A stretch of 64,000 nt of DNA, from positions 94,118,001 through 94,182,000 of the forward strand of contig NW_024704742.1 of assembly GCF_018977255.1 (NCBI RefSeq). The letters run 5' to 3'. The DNA is from Callorhinchus milii (Eukaryota). The notes beneath the pieces were generated by a model that was not told the origin of the DNA, did no database searches, and worked only from the letters and a program-made list of their open reading frames with translations. Shown piece by piece: positions 51,545 to 63,550 of this stretch (positions within the stretch are counted from its first letter, which is position 1; each line of letters begins with the position of its first letter). The translations under genes and the position numbers were made by a program.

Positions 51545-53380
51545 TACCAGGGGCCCATAATTCCACGTATGCCACTTACCCATGGAAATTTCCATGTCTG
51601 GAATAGAATGCGCACTCTCTCCCTGTTGGCATGCACCCTGCTTACCTAATGCTGGGGAGTATTCGGTGCAGGTTGACAAAAGTCAAGGCTTGAGGAGTGT
51701 GCGTTGAGTTACTGCTGGAGTCTAATCAGCTAAAAGAGCATAACTTGCCATTGAAACAACAACAACAACAAGATTCCATTTATAGAGCGCCTTTCACGTC
51801 GGGAGGACGTCCCAAGGCACTGGACAGTTGGGTCAGGACCCGAGCAGGGGGGAAATGGTCAGGGTGAGGGGAGGGAAGGGATGGAGCGAGGAGTGGGTAG
51901 AGAGTCGAGAGGGGAAGAGAAGGCCCAGTTGAAGAGAAAGGTCTTGAGACCGGCCTTGAAGGAGGAAAGGGAGGAGGCGGCGAAGGCACTGGGGGATGGA
52001 GTTCCAGAGCCTAGGGGCTGAGAGGCTGAAAGCCCGGCCACCGATGGTAGGGCGGTTAGGGCGGGGGATGTGGAGCAGACCGGAGCCAGAGGAACGGAGG
52101 GTACGGGCAGGTAGGTAGGAGGATAGTGGGTCAGAGAGGTAGGAGGGAATAAGGCCGTGAATGGTCTTGTAGGTGAGGATGAGGATCTTGAATTCGATCC
52201 TCTGGGGGATGGGGAGCCAGTGGAGGCGAGCGAGGGTGGGAGTGATGTGGTCCTGGTGCGGGACAGTACACGAGCTGCAGAGTTCTGAATGACCTGCAGC
52301 TTGTGGAGGGAGGGGCCGGGAAGGCCGGCGAGGAGAGAGTTCCCATAGTCCAGCCTTGAGGTGATAAAGGCGTGGACCAGAGTTTCAGCAGCGTGAGGGG
52401 TGAGGTAGTGCCGTAGTCTGGCGATGTTCCAGAGGTGGTGGAAGGCAGTGCCAGTTGTGGCGCGGATGTGGGGAAGAAAGGACAGCTCAGGGTCGAACAG
52501 AACACCGAGGTTCCTGACTGGTTTTGAGAGGTGGAGAGTGCAGCCTTGGATGCTGATGCTGTCAGCGCCTGAGGTGCGGAGGCGCTGACATGAGCCAATC
52601 AGGAGGGCCTCAGTTTTGCGCACATTGAGCTGAAGAAAGTTGACTCTCGTCCAGGACTCGATGTCAGACAGGCAGCTGTCAGGACATCGGTGGTCGTGGA
52701 GTTGAGGGTAGAAGAGGAAAGGAAGAGTTGGGTGTCATCCGCATACATGTGGAAGTTAACCCCATGTCTGCGGATGATGTCACCAAGGGGGAGCATATAG
52801 AGGGTGAAGAGGAGGGGACCGAGGACAGAGCCCTGAGGGATGCCGCACGAGACAGTCCGTGGACTGGAGGAAAAGCTGTTTGCAGAGACAAAATGAAGAT
52901 GGTGGGAGAGGTAGGACCTAAACCACTCAAAGACAGGGCTTTGAAGGTTGAGGTGGGAGGACAAGCGAGGGAGGAGGATAGAGTGGTCGACTGTATCGAA
53001 TGCGGCCGATAGGTCGAGGAGGACGAGGAGGCAGAGGGAGCCCTGGTCGCAAATGGTCAAGATGTCATTAGTGACCTTGACCAGGGCGGTTTCCGTGCTA
53101 TGGGCAGCAAGGAAACCGACTGGAGGGGTTCAAAACCACTGCCTGGCAAGCTTCCTGCTGCTTGACCACATAGGACCACCCATTAAGGCTGTGGCTTGCA
53201 GGGTTTAACAAGAACTGAGCGGAAAGAATTCCTGCCCTTCCAGGACTGGCCGATGAGACAGGTACTAGGTGGATGACAGGTACTGCGTACTTCCTCGTGA
53301 GAGATTGCCACTATCTTCCTGCATGTAGCTCAGACATACATCTGCACCCACTGAGAAATATGGGTAGATATTAGGTGCAG
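51545..53380 (+). repeat. Unclassified repeat split by the L2 at 51756-53130
   Basis: The left part ends ataacttgccattgaaa and the right part begins ccactgcctggcaagcttcc; these are contiguous in the copies at 59.3 and 60.4 kb. Confidence 0.7.
51756..53130 (-). mobile_element. Young L2 LINE, 5'-truncated (RT and C-terminus)
   Basis: LLDLSAAFDTVDH, GIPQGSVLGP, HMYADDTQL, KTEALLIG and HAFITSRLDY; few frameshifts; (TTG)n tail. Confidence 0.96.
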
Positions 53381-54709
53381 GCTTTGGTTAGCTGTTGTAC
53401 ATCTCACATAATCAGACTGCTGCAAACAAATGAATGAATCACATAATATAACTAACCTGAGAAAGAATGAGTTGTCCATGAAAGCTCTTCACAAACAATC
53501 TGAAAAACTTCAGAAATGCTTTTTGTCCAATTCTGCTCTCTAGGTGCTGAAGAACAAAGTAACCCTACCAAGAACAGAAACACGATCACAGATAGGAAAA
53601 TTACAGTTCAAAAGTTCTTCTGTATTTTGCATCTTAGTAAACCTGGTCCTAATTCTAATAATTGAATAATATTGCTGTAACTTTAGATTATGCCTCACAT
53701 CCTGATAGATTAAAAATCGATCATCTAAATTACAAATAAAATTTGACCACCTCAACAAATAATCTCACTGCCTCTTTAATAGTGATTAATCTCCTCTTGC
53801 TTAATTCCTTCCCTGCCAAAGTAAAGTTCATTTGCATAGGGATATTCACATAAAAATAAATATCGCAACACGTTTTACAAAATAGAATTGATTAGAAGTG
53901 AATTGAATGCCATTATAATAATCTTTTCATTTGATACATCGCCTAATGCCACTGAAATGTCCCAAAGAGCTTCGTAGGATTTACTGAAGTGACAGTGACT
54001 GTGTATTTGTAGGCAAAATTTATAAACATTATAAAAAAAATTATAATCTATACAGCAATATTCACAAGCAGAAATGAGATGAGCAGCCAATTCATTTGAA
54101 ATTTTGGTGTAAATTTTGGGTTAGGAGGAAGGAGCATAAACAAAAATAACTGTTACAGGAGACTTCCGGTATCTTTGATAGCTATTTTGTTAGGTAAAAA
54201 AGCTAATTTAAAATGTACCTATGATATCGGGAGCAAACCTCACATCTGTCCAATTCACGCCCCACTCCACCCACAGAGTAAAATGTCTGAATTCTTGGTT
54301 CCAGTCAACCAACAAGAAGGAACATCACCTCAATAATATACTTCACACTGCATTTTGAGGCAACCCAATGTAAAAGTATCAGTAGATTTCTACCGAAAGC
54401 CATTGCAGCAGCTTCTTCAAATTGATGTTGTCAAGTAGGACAAAAGAAACATTTTTATTTAAACAGGTACATATCATAAGTATAATATCATATTTTGCAT
54501 TATGCCCTCTTTGCCTTACATAATAACATACTATAATATAGAACTATAAAACCATAGAAATTTACAGCACAAAAAAGGCAATTTGGGCCATCATGGCTGT
54601 GCTGGTTCTCTCAAGAGCAATCCTTTCAATCCTATTTACCTGCCCTTTCCCCATAACCTGTAGCTGACTCGTTCTTAAGGTACTTACTTGTCTAGTTTGC
54701 ACTAGTCTA

Positions 54710-55046
54710 ATTCGCTTCATGCCCTCAGACCTCCCTACCTTTCCAACTTGCTCACCCCCCAACTCCACTACCCGCTGCCTCCGGCCTCCTGTTCATCCCT
54801 CGCCCCCTCCACTCCACCATCAACTGCCGTGCTTTCAGTCACTACGCACTGAAGCTCTGGAACTCTCTCCCCTAATTCCTCCGCCTTGCCCCCTCCCTCC
54901 CCACTTTCAAATCCCGCATATACACCTTCATTTTTGATCGTACTTATAATCACCTCCCTCTCCCTCTCCCCCTGGCTCAGGGTCAGACTCCGCCAGTTTT
55001 AAGTGCTCCTGGACGCTACCCGGCAGATAAATGCAAGTTGTTGTAG
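54710..55046 (+). mobile_element. L2 3' fragment
   Basis: Homologous to 15190-15520. Confidence 0.8.
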
Positions 55047-55379
55047 TTCCTTCTTGAAGGCCAATATGGATTCTGCCTCAACCACCATTCCCACCAGGAC
55101 ATTTCATATCCTAACTACTCTATAAATGAAAACATTCTCCTAACTTCCTCATTTGCTCATTTAACTACTACCGTAAATTGATGCCCTCTAGTTACTTATT
55201 TACCGACCACTGAAAATATATACAATTTTATTTTGTTCCCATTCTTTAATTCTGTTATTAAGCAAGCAGCTTTTTCAAATGGGTGTTGTCAAAGTATAAA
55301 TAACACTGTTACAAACATGTTGGGAACTGGTTTGACTATAGTGCTAGTACACACTGACAAAAACAATATAAACATTTAG

Positions 55380-55745
55380 CTGTCAATCTCGTTCAGTTAC
55401 CAGCAATTTAAGGTTAGAAGGTTTGAGGATTCAAGCCCTCTAATGAGACCTGAGCTCATAATCTAGGTTGACACTCCAGTGCTATATGGAAGAGTGCTAC
55501 ACTTTTGGAGTGACACATTAAATTAAGGTTGTTCAGGTAGATGTTAAAGAACCTCATGGCATTATTTCAAAAGACAAGGAAGTTTCTCCCAAATCCTGGC
55601 CTCCAGATTAATCAGTAATTCATGGCTTTGTTTGGGCAAAAGGGCTGTCTCATGCACCTAAGAAAACAGTCGCTGCACTTGACAGTAATTACTGTAAAGC
55701 ACTTTGAGACATTTTTATGTGTAAGGCACCATAAAAATGAAAGTT
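55380..55745 (+). mobile_element. Old Deu-domain SINE
   Basis: tctaggttgacactccagtgc...ttcaggtagatgttaaaga...catggcatt, plus tail. Confidence 0.6.
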
Positions 55746-56654
55746 CTTTCTTTGTTTGAAACAGAGCACTTTCCCAGAATGGAACTTGCATTGGTAGCAC
55801 TTTCCCATTTTGGGCTCTAAGTTGTCAACCTGAAGCTATTAGGTTTTTAAAAACAAGATATTTTGGTGTAAATTGATATATTTCACCGAAGCAGAATGCC
55901 AAAGACAAATCCTAATAATACATTTGGTCAACAAGATCTCACTGTCGAGCTATATTTTGTGTTACCAACCAGATAGCACCCACTTTGAGAAAGATTTGAC
56001 TTCTGTTATAATCTAATATAAAATTGAAAATCGCATCTAAAGCACATTAGAAATTGACCACCCACATAATTAAAAACCCTCATTTGAATCTTAGCAGAGT
56101 ATAGCAACGTAACAATAAAAACAAGGTCTTTGACTACCTTTCATCTGTGTTACCAAATGATAAACATGAGACATTGAACATTGGAATCACTTTCACATTT
56201 ATAGCCTACACACCATCAAATATTACTGCAAAACACGAGTGTTTCGTACCACTCGGTTATGACAGTCCAGACATTTGTCAAACTACAGGAGATGCCAAAT
56301 ATCCAAACATCTCATCAGGCTTCTTGGAGTGAATGCAGCATATTATTTGAGAGGAGTCGACAGCATTCATGTGAATTCTGCACATTAACTCAAATAATCT
56401 TGCACAAGTCACACAGCTGACAACAATTGCAGCACCCAATGTCGAGGGCAGTTTGTACATTCAAAAATATTCTCAGTTTAATTATAAGAAATACCTTATC
56501 AGGTCATCTCACCCCCATTGAATTTTCCTGCTCCAATTTTCTCCCTTCCTTTCCTGAATGCATTTTAACCCACTTTGTTTACTAAGGTACATAATGTTAC
56601 AGGTGTCAGTCACTTTCAGTTTCCAACCAACTGGTCATTATTCATGAATGGGCC

Positions 56655-57000
56655 TCTCAGTCTAGGCTGACACTTCAAATCAGTGCTGTAGGGAAATTGC
56701 TACATTGTGGGATGTGCTGTCCCTCAGATGAGACATTAAACCAAGGTCGTGTCGACCTGTTCAGGTGGACATTAAAGATTCCATGGCAGTGCTCCAAAAG
56801 AGAAGGGAGTTTCTCCTGGTGTCCTGGCCAACAATGCCCCAAGTAAAATTAGTCATTCACTTCATTGCTGTTTGTGCTCAGATCAGTTGCCCTGTTTGCC
56901 TATAAAATGCACAACCACTACACTTTACAATAAATCATTTGAAGCTCTTTGAGATGCCTTCCCAACACCAAAGGCACGATACCAAATGCAAGGAATATTT
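56655..57000 (+). mobile_element. Deu-domain SINE
   Basis: gtgctgtccctcagatgagacattaaaccaagg...ttcaggtggacattaaagattccatggca...gtgtcctggccaac. Confidence 0.78.
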
Positions 57001-57388
57001 TTAGATTATTATAGAACAAGACTGCACACCCTAAAACTGCCCAACAAAAGTTAGTTCCCTGGTAGCTGGAACTGTAGACTCTTGAGCACCTCATGGAGTT
57101 CCCATATCCCTGAGTTATCTAGAGCAGGAATTAGAGCTTCTAGAATTGGCATTAGCACAAAGAGGCTAGGAAGGGTAAGTGATTAGGAATATTACTGACT
57201 TGCAGTACCCGTTGCTGCTACACTTGCAACCAGTTTCATTAAATCGGCCTTCTCTCTTTCATCTGGCATTTTTATTTGATCTTGAAAGGCTTGATCTTCG
57301 TTTCTTAGGCATCTTTATCCCTTAAGATTAAGAAAATATGCTATTGAACTCGTTAGCATCCCTTGTTCACATATTTGCACACATCCTT

Positions 57389-57465
57389 TTGGGAGGACTC
57401 CTGTTGGGAGGACTCAGTTGAAGGATTCCTGTGGGAGGACTCCCAGTTGGGAGGACTACTGTTGG
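57389..57465 (+). repeat. Short tandem repeat TGGGAGGACT(n)
   Basis: About five ~13-15-bp units. Confidence 0.75.
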
Positions 57466-58321
57466 TGTCTCTACATGAATTGGTTAGACAGACGCACAGA
57501 CAGACATTTTGTCTTTTATTAATATGGATAGATGTATCTCTCTAGAAGGGTGTCTAACCTCTGTCGCTACTTTATTGCAGAATACGATGCATACTTTGGG
57601 GCTTAATTAAAGCATTTTTTAATATATTGTATATATTTATATATATTTTTTAATATATATATATTTATATANTTTTTTACATATATTTTTTAATATATAC
57701 AAAGACCTTTCTGATGAGTTATAAATCATGTCTCTACATCTTGGCGGACAGACACACAGACATTTTGTATTTATTAGTATAGATTATGATCTCTCTTCTG
57801 TAGAAACTGTAAACGTGTGGACATTGAGTGAGGATTGGATCAAGCTGGGTTGTGATGCTCACATTCTCAAGTCGTCTTCTGATACTCATGGCTTAGAAAC
57901 AAAGAAAAGGGTCTCCTTTTTTACAGTACCTTATCCCATAAAAACATCTCAAAGTTCTTCACAAATAATCATCGTACACATGTAGTGACTGCTTTGTGAC
58001 CAAATGCAGCAGCTATTTGCTCCAGTAAATTTCAACAAACAGCCATGGAGTGAATGACCAATCAATCTTGAGGGTTGCTTGTCAGGACAATGAGAGAAAA
58101 GTTTAGTCTTGTATATGAGAATCTCTTTGGCAAAATACCATAAAACTGAAGCTACTGACAACCATATTCCAGCACAAACCACCAAAATTGGGAGAGATGA
58201 AGAGAGAATTGGAAACATTTTTTAAAAACTGTAAAAGGTTTACCTTTAGATAATGGACCTGCATGAAGATTTTTCCAGGATTTAAACCGTGCTTAACAAC
58301 TGTTGCACCAGAGTCACTCAC

Positions 58322-58346
58322 TTGACCCGTGTTCTCTTTGTTAGGC
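58322..58346 (-). CDS. Candidate 25-nt exon of the right gene (RPNKENTGQ)
   Basis: Acceptor tttcaatattatag, donor CAA|gtgagt, phase 2 to 0, in frame with 59943-60049. Confidence 0.35.
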
Positions 58347-59072
58347 CTATAATATTGAAACAATTGTATGAAAATCACTTAAAGAATTGTAAGATATCAA
58401 TGCTTTTGAAGTCTCAATTTAACAACATCTTTAGCCTGACACAAATGGGTGGTTCTTTGTCAGATTCTCAAAGAAACAAGTTTCTGGTGCGGCATCCCCA
58501 GTGGATATGGATCAGGAGCTCACTGGTTTGTATCCCAGTCCGTGCTGACATTGCTGGTGTCAGCTAAAGCAGAATGAGAAACTAAACTGGCCTCATCTTT
58601 CCCAGGGTCAGTGAGGGGAAAGTCGGTCTGGGTTCCGGCTCTTAGTCGCTCTTTAGCAGCCTATAGGTTGTGTATGTGTGTGTAAATTGGCTGAGAAGAA
58701 GATCTCAGTTGTGTTACTCTCCACAACCAAGTGGCCTGCCGTTACTCACTGCCGAGGCTCACATGTAAACAATGGTCAATTGAGTCTGGTATCAGAGGGC
58801 AACCAGGGCTCATGGAACAGCACCTCAACATGAGGAGGCTGAGGACCTGCCAAGCCAATGGTAAGAAAAAATAGAAAAGAGAAAATTAAATGATACAGAA
58901 TTGCTGGTTCAAACTGACAAGACTACTCATCAGCAACACTCAGAATGTTAAACCATTTAAAAAAATAGTTATTCTCCAAAATCATAAAATAACTGTGGCA
59001 AAGGCTGTTTCCCTTGAATGGTAAGTCCATACCAACCACTCACAGCAAAGCTGAATGTGTCCAATTTTTTTT

Positions 59073-59875
59073 TGTCAGCTGTGTGTCTGACACATACACC
59101 TATCACCGTGCTTAAGGGTATCCAAACCGAGCCAAGAATTCCATGCCTCCCACCTCCACATGGAAATTCTAGAGATAGATTGTTCGAGTGGAATGCCGCT
59201 CTCTCCCTGGAGGGACGCCTCCTGCTTATCTAATTCCGGAAAGTATTAGGCGCAGGTTGGCAGGAACCAAGCCTTAGGGACTACAGAGTGTGTATTGGGA
59301 TACTCCTGTAGTCTAACCAGCTAAAACCACATAGCTTGCCGTTGGCGTTGCTATCTAGCAAGCTTTTCCGCTGCTTGTCCAGCTAGGGCCACCTGACCCG
59401 TTAGGCTTTGGCTTGCAGGGTTAACAGGAGCTGAGTGAGAGAATTCCCTGCCCCCAGTGACTGGTCTGCTCTTCCAAGTCCTGCCGTTGAGTCACGCTGG
59501 CTGTGCTGTCGTCGTCTGTGCCCTGGAATACCGTGGGCCTGCCTGGCTCGAGAACCGGACTAATGAGGCCGCCAGAGAGAGTTGGCTCAATTCCGACATT
59601 CCGTTGCCAGACATATCACCTTGGAGCCAGTTCAGCTCCAAGGAGACCCCACTTATCTCCCTCCACCACCCCGACCCAAGGAGGATAGTTACAATTTGTT
59701 GTTCGACAGCCCACAAGCCCGGGTTTAAGCCCTCACTAGGTGGATAATAGATACCAGGATCTCCCTGCGAGCTTCCCAGTGGGCAACACAACTCAGCATG
59801 AAATGCATGAGAGCATTGCTACCATCTTCCTGTTCTCAGCTCAGGCACACATCCCATCCCATTGAGCGATGGTTC
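59073..59875 (+). repeat. Longest copy of the unclassified interspersed repeat
   Basis: Homologous to the copies at 49.2-49.8, 51.5/53.1 and 60.35-60.64 kb; CpG-retaining. Confidence 0.7.
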
Positions 59876-59942
59876 CACCAGTTGAAGGGGTGAACACATT
59901 TACCTCAGCCCATCCCTGAACATGTACAGTCGTGGTACTCAC

Positions 59943-60049
59943 CTCAGCACTTGCAACTCTTCTTCAGAATTCTGAACTTCATCTCTGAGCCGTCGCCATC
60001 TCAACAAGGATTTCAGCTGCTGTTGCTCATCAGCTTCATCTTCTGGAAG
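59943..60049 (-). CDS. Internal coding exon of an unidentified coiled-coil protein (LPEDEADEQQQLKSLLRWRRLRDEVQNSEEELQVL)
   Basis: Consensus acceptor ttatttctctgcag and donor GAG|gtgagt; 107 nt; only the phase-0 frame is open; helical E/Q/L/R-rich peptide. Confidence 0.72.
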
Positions 60050-60344
60050 CTGCAGAGAAATAATCAAATAATCAATGAAGCCGCCCTATCTCAGGAAGGC
60101 TGCATCAGGAAATTATACATTCCTCATGCTTAACCCTGTTAAGCCTGCAACTCGATGAATTCAGCAACAGTGATAATAAATAAACATAGACAAGCAGGAT
60201 GTTTAAAAATATATCTTTTTTTAAATATCATTTTTCTATTCAACTGATATCTTGAACTCTTTATGTTTCATAACAGATTTGATATGTTCATTGCAGATAT
60301 CATGTTAAGCCAAAGCCCTAACATGTACGGTTGTCCTACCTGCA

Positions 60345-60642
60345 TAAACAACAGGAAGCTTGCCAGACAATGCTTTCAATTGGCAAGCTATCCAGTTTTA
60401 GCTGGTCAGACTCCAGCAGTATCCCAACGCGCACTCTGTGGTCCCCAAACCTTGGCTCTTGCCAACCTGCGCCTAATACTCTCCGGAATTAGGTAAGCAG
60501 GATGAGTCTCTCCAAGGAAAGTGTGTGCATTCCATGCCAAACACAGAATTTCCATGTGTAAGGTGACATGCCTGGAATTCTCAGTCGGGTTTGGATACTC
60601 TTAAAGCAGGGTGTTAGGTTTCTGCAAGTGTCTCAGCTGACC
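60345..60642 (-). repeat. Inverted copy of the unclassified repeat
   Basis: The reverse complement aligns to 59073-59380 (e.g. taattccgga.agtattaggcgcaggttggca). Confidence 0.75.
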
Positions 60643-60993
60643 AACAAAATGTAAAGTGAGGGATTGACTGAGAAAGGCCATTCAGCCCATCAACCTTACT
60701 CCATCCAGAATATGAAAAACCTTCCATACCACTGGCTACATATCCCCACTCACTCTAAAAAATGCAGAATAATCTTCCATCCCAACATTTCCTCTGTCTA
60801 ATCCTTGCCTCCCTCTCAAAATGATTGCCCCCTCTCCCCCGGCCCCACAATGCGTTCCACTGAGTAACTGCTCGTCACGTTCTGCACTTATTCCTGTCAG
60901 GTCCAATATTCCTCTGAAGTAGATACAAAATCAGTTATTTTATCAAGTCGTAAATTCACACTATTGCTACATTTCTGATTTACTAATGCCAGT

Positions 60994-61200
60994 CAACAAC
61001 AACAACAAAATTACACTTATATAGCGTCTTTCACGTTGGGAGGAACGTTCCAAGGTGCTGGACAGTCAATGTTTCGGACCAGAGCTGGGGTTCGGGATTG
61101 GGGAGAGTGGAGGGAAGGGGGTAAGGAGGGTGATCGAAAGCACGGTCGAAGAGAATGGTCTTGAGATGGGTCTTGAAGGAGGCAAGGGAGGGTCATGGTG
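60994..61200 (-). mobile_element. L2 3' end
   Basis: Same tail type as the L2 at 5587. Confidence 0.8.
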
Positions 61201-61741
61201 ATACATGGGCCTGGTATATGAACAACAACAACCTGCATTATATAGTGTCCTTCACATGGAATGTCATCTCAGAGCATTTGACTTTGAGCTGGGGAGAAAA
61301 TGGAGGTGACATAGGAATGATAAGAAAGCCTACTTCACAGCCCAACTCAGAATTACAATGCATCACTTAATTTGAACTTAATTTGCTGACCTGGGAAATC
61401 ACTTATTACTCAAAAGTAGGAATATATTAGGCTTTAAGCCAACAGTGAAAAAATAGGCTTGTGCAGATCATTGTTATTCAAACTGTCGATGCGGTTTACA
61501 ATGTCTGCATTGTTGCTGACATTATTATATTTCATGACATCGTAATTGAATCTTGCTGTGAAAAGCAGACCTAGATAATATTTCTGCAGAGGAAATAAAA
61601 ATAGCAGCCTCAAAGACCTGAGTGTGTAGTAGCCTAGCTACCTGATTCGGGCCCTGGGAACAGTCCCGAGAGAGAGGGGGCAAAGGGAATACTCTGTGCG
61701 AGGTCAAGTTGAACATGCTACAGAAAATTGTGGATCTTTAA

Positions 61742-62185
61742 ATAAATAATAATAAATAATCCTTGCATTTGATATAGTCTTATCACAACATTGAGATGTC
61801 TCAAAATGTTTCACAGAATATAACTATAATGTGGATTGACTGTGGATTTCATGAGCAAAACTCGGCAATCAGTTACGCAAAGTGATGCCCCACAAACAGT
61901 GAATGACCAATTTTATTTTGGGGGATTGTTGGCTATGACACTGGTAGAAACTCCCTTCTCTTTTTGAACATTGCCTTGGGATCACTAACATCCACCTGAA
62001 CAGACAGATGGGACCTTGGTTTAGTGTCTCATTCAAAGGACGGCACCTCTAACAATGCAACACACCACCAGCACTGCATTGGAATGTCATCTTAGACTGA
62101 GATTGAAAGTCCCAATTTGGGGCTTGAACCCACAACCTTCTGACTCAAAGATGAGAGTACTACCAATACTCCAGACTGACACCTA
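61742..62185 (-). mobile_element. Deu-domain SINE, near full length
   Basis: (AAT)n tail; Deu core catccacctgaacagacagatgggaccttggttt...ctcattcaaaggacggcacctc; tRNA-like head. Confidence 0.82.
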
Positions 62186-62222
62186 AAGCCTGTTTAGTAT
62201 TTGATATGTGAACAATAATCCT

Positions 62223-62722
62223 GTGGAGTCCTGTAGCTAAGGTTAGTTCAGCAGCATTATTTTAGCGAATTTATATTTACTTTGAAATGCGAGTATCAAC
62301 CAGCATTTAGCATGATAAAAGTGTGGATTGACAACCAGTGTCTGTGTTCTGAAACATTTGTGATTTGATCAGATAAGTACTAAAGTGCCTGAGACAGAGT
62401 GGTTCAGGATTATAATCCTTGCATTTGATATAGCGTGGTTAGAGCACTTGCCTTGCAAGCAAGACACCTGGGTTCAATTCCAGGCAGGGCGAAACCTTGG
62501 GCAAGTTTCCTTACTCCATACGCCTAATACTAATCCCTCCAAAACAAAACAATAATAAATTGGTCATTTTCAATCCATGACTGTTTTGGGACACTGCTGT
62601 GTGCAATCGGTTGCCGCGTTTTGCCCACAAATATACAGTCAATTCATTTTACAGTCTATTCTGCGAAGCGCTTTGAGACGTTGAGAAGACGTGAAAAGCG
62701 CTATATCAAATGCAAAGATTAT
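62223..62722 (+). mobile_element. tRNA-headed SINE with a 200-bp inverted duplication inside its A box
   Basis: gtggagtcctgtagct | insert | gtggttagagcac...; the rest matches the copy at 33960. Confidence 0.88.
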
Positions 62723-63422
62723 AATACTGAACCACTGTGTCTCAGGCACATCAGTAATTATCTGATCAAATCACAAATGTTTCAGAACACAGACACTGGT
62801 TGTCAATCCACACTTTTATCATGCTAAATGCTGGTTGATACTCGCATTTCAAAGTAAATATAAATTCGCTAAAATAATGTTGCTGAACAACTTTAGCTCT
62901 AATGTTAGAGCAAGGTTGAGAACAGGATGACTGGGGGAATCAGATTTTTTTTGTCAGCAGGATGTCTGACAATGCAGAAACCCATCACCATGCTTCAGAG
63001 AATCCAAACCAGAGGGAGTTTCACATATGGATGTAACCTGCACATACATATCTGCGTACATAAATACAATAATATAACTGTAGAAAGTTGCCCTTGGGAA
63101 GCCTAAACTTGTGCTCTCTTGTCTCGCTGTGTATTTTTACTTTCTTTATCCTGTTAAACATTCTCTAAAGCTTTGACAACTGGGTTAGGTTGAGATAACA
63201 GGTGATGCTTACTGTTAATCAGAGAGTTGTTCTGGGTTTACTTTCTCCATCTTGTAAGCATCTGATATACCTCTAAAAGCTCCTCCTGAGACTTATATTT
63301 TCATTTTTCATAGGGAATGCCATGTTTGTCACTCTGACTTGTGAGACATCTGATCCAAATTGATCTGATTCAGAGCCAAAGTCTCACGGAGCAATCTGAT
63401 ATGCATGGGTTTCCTTGCAGAG

Positions 63423-63550
63423 AACAACAACAGGATTTCATTTATAGAGCGCCTTTCACATCGGGAGGATGTCCCAAGGCGCTGGACAGTTGGGTCAGGA
63501 CCCGAGCAGGGGGTAAATGGTCAGGGTGAGGGGAGGGAAGGGAGGGAGCG
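63423..63550 (-). mobile_element. L2 3' end
   Basis: Matches 51756-51890. Confidence 0.85.

Noticed and set aside
59555..59600. Hammerhead ribozyme-like ctaatgaggcc...ggctcaat in the unclassified repeat
   Set aside because: Neither CTGATGA nor GAAA is intact, and stems I and III are not evident
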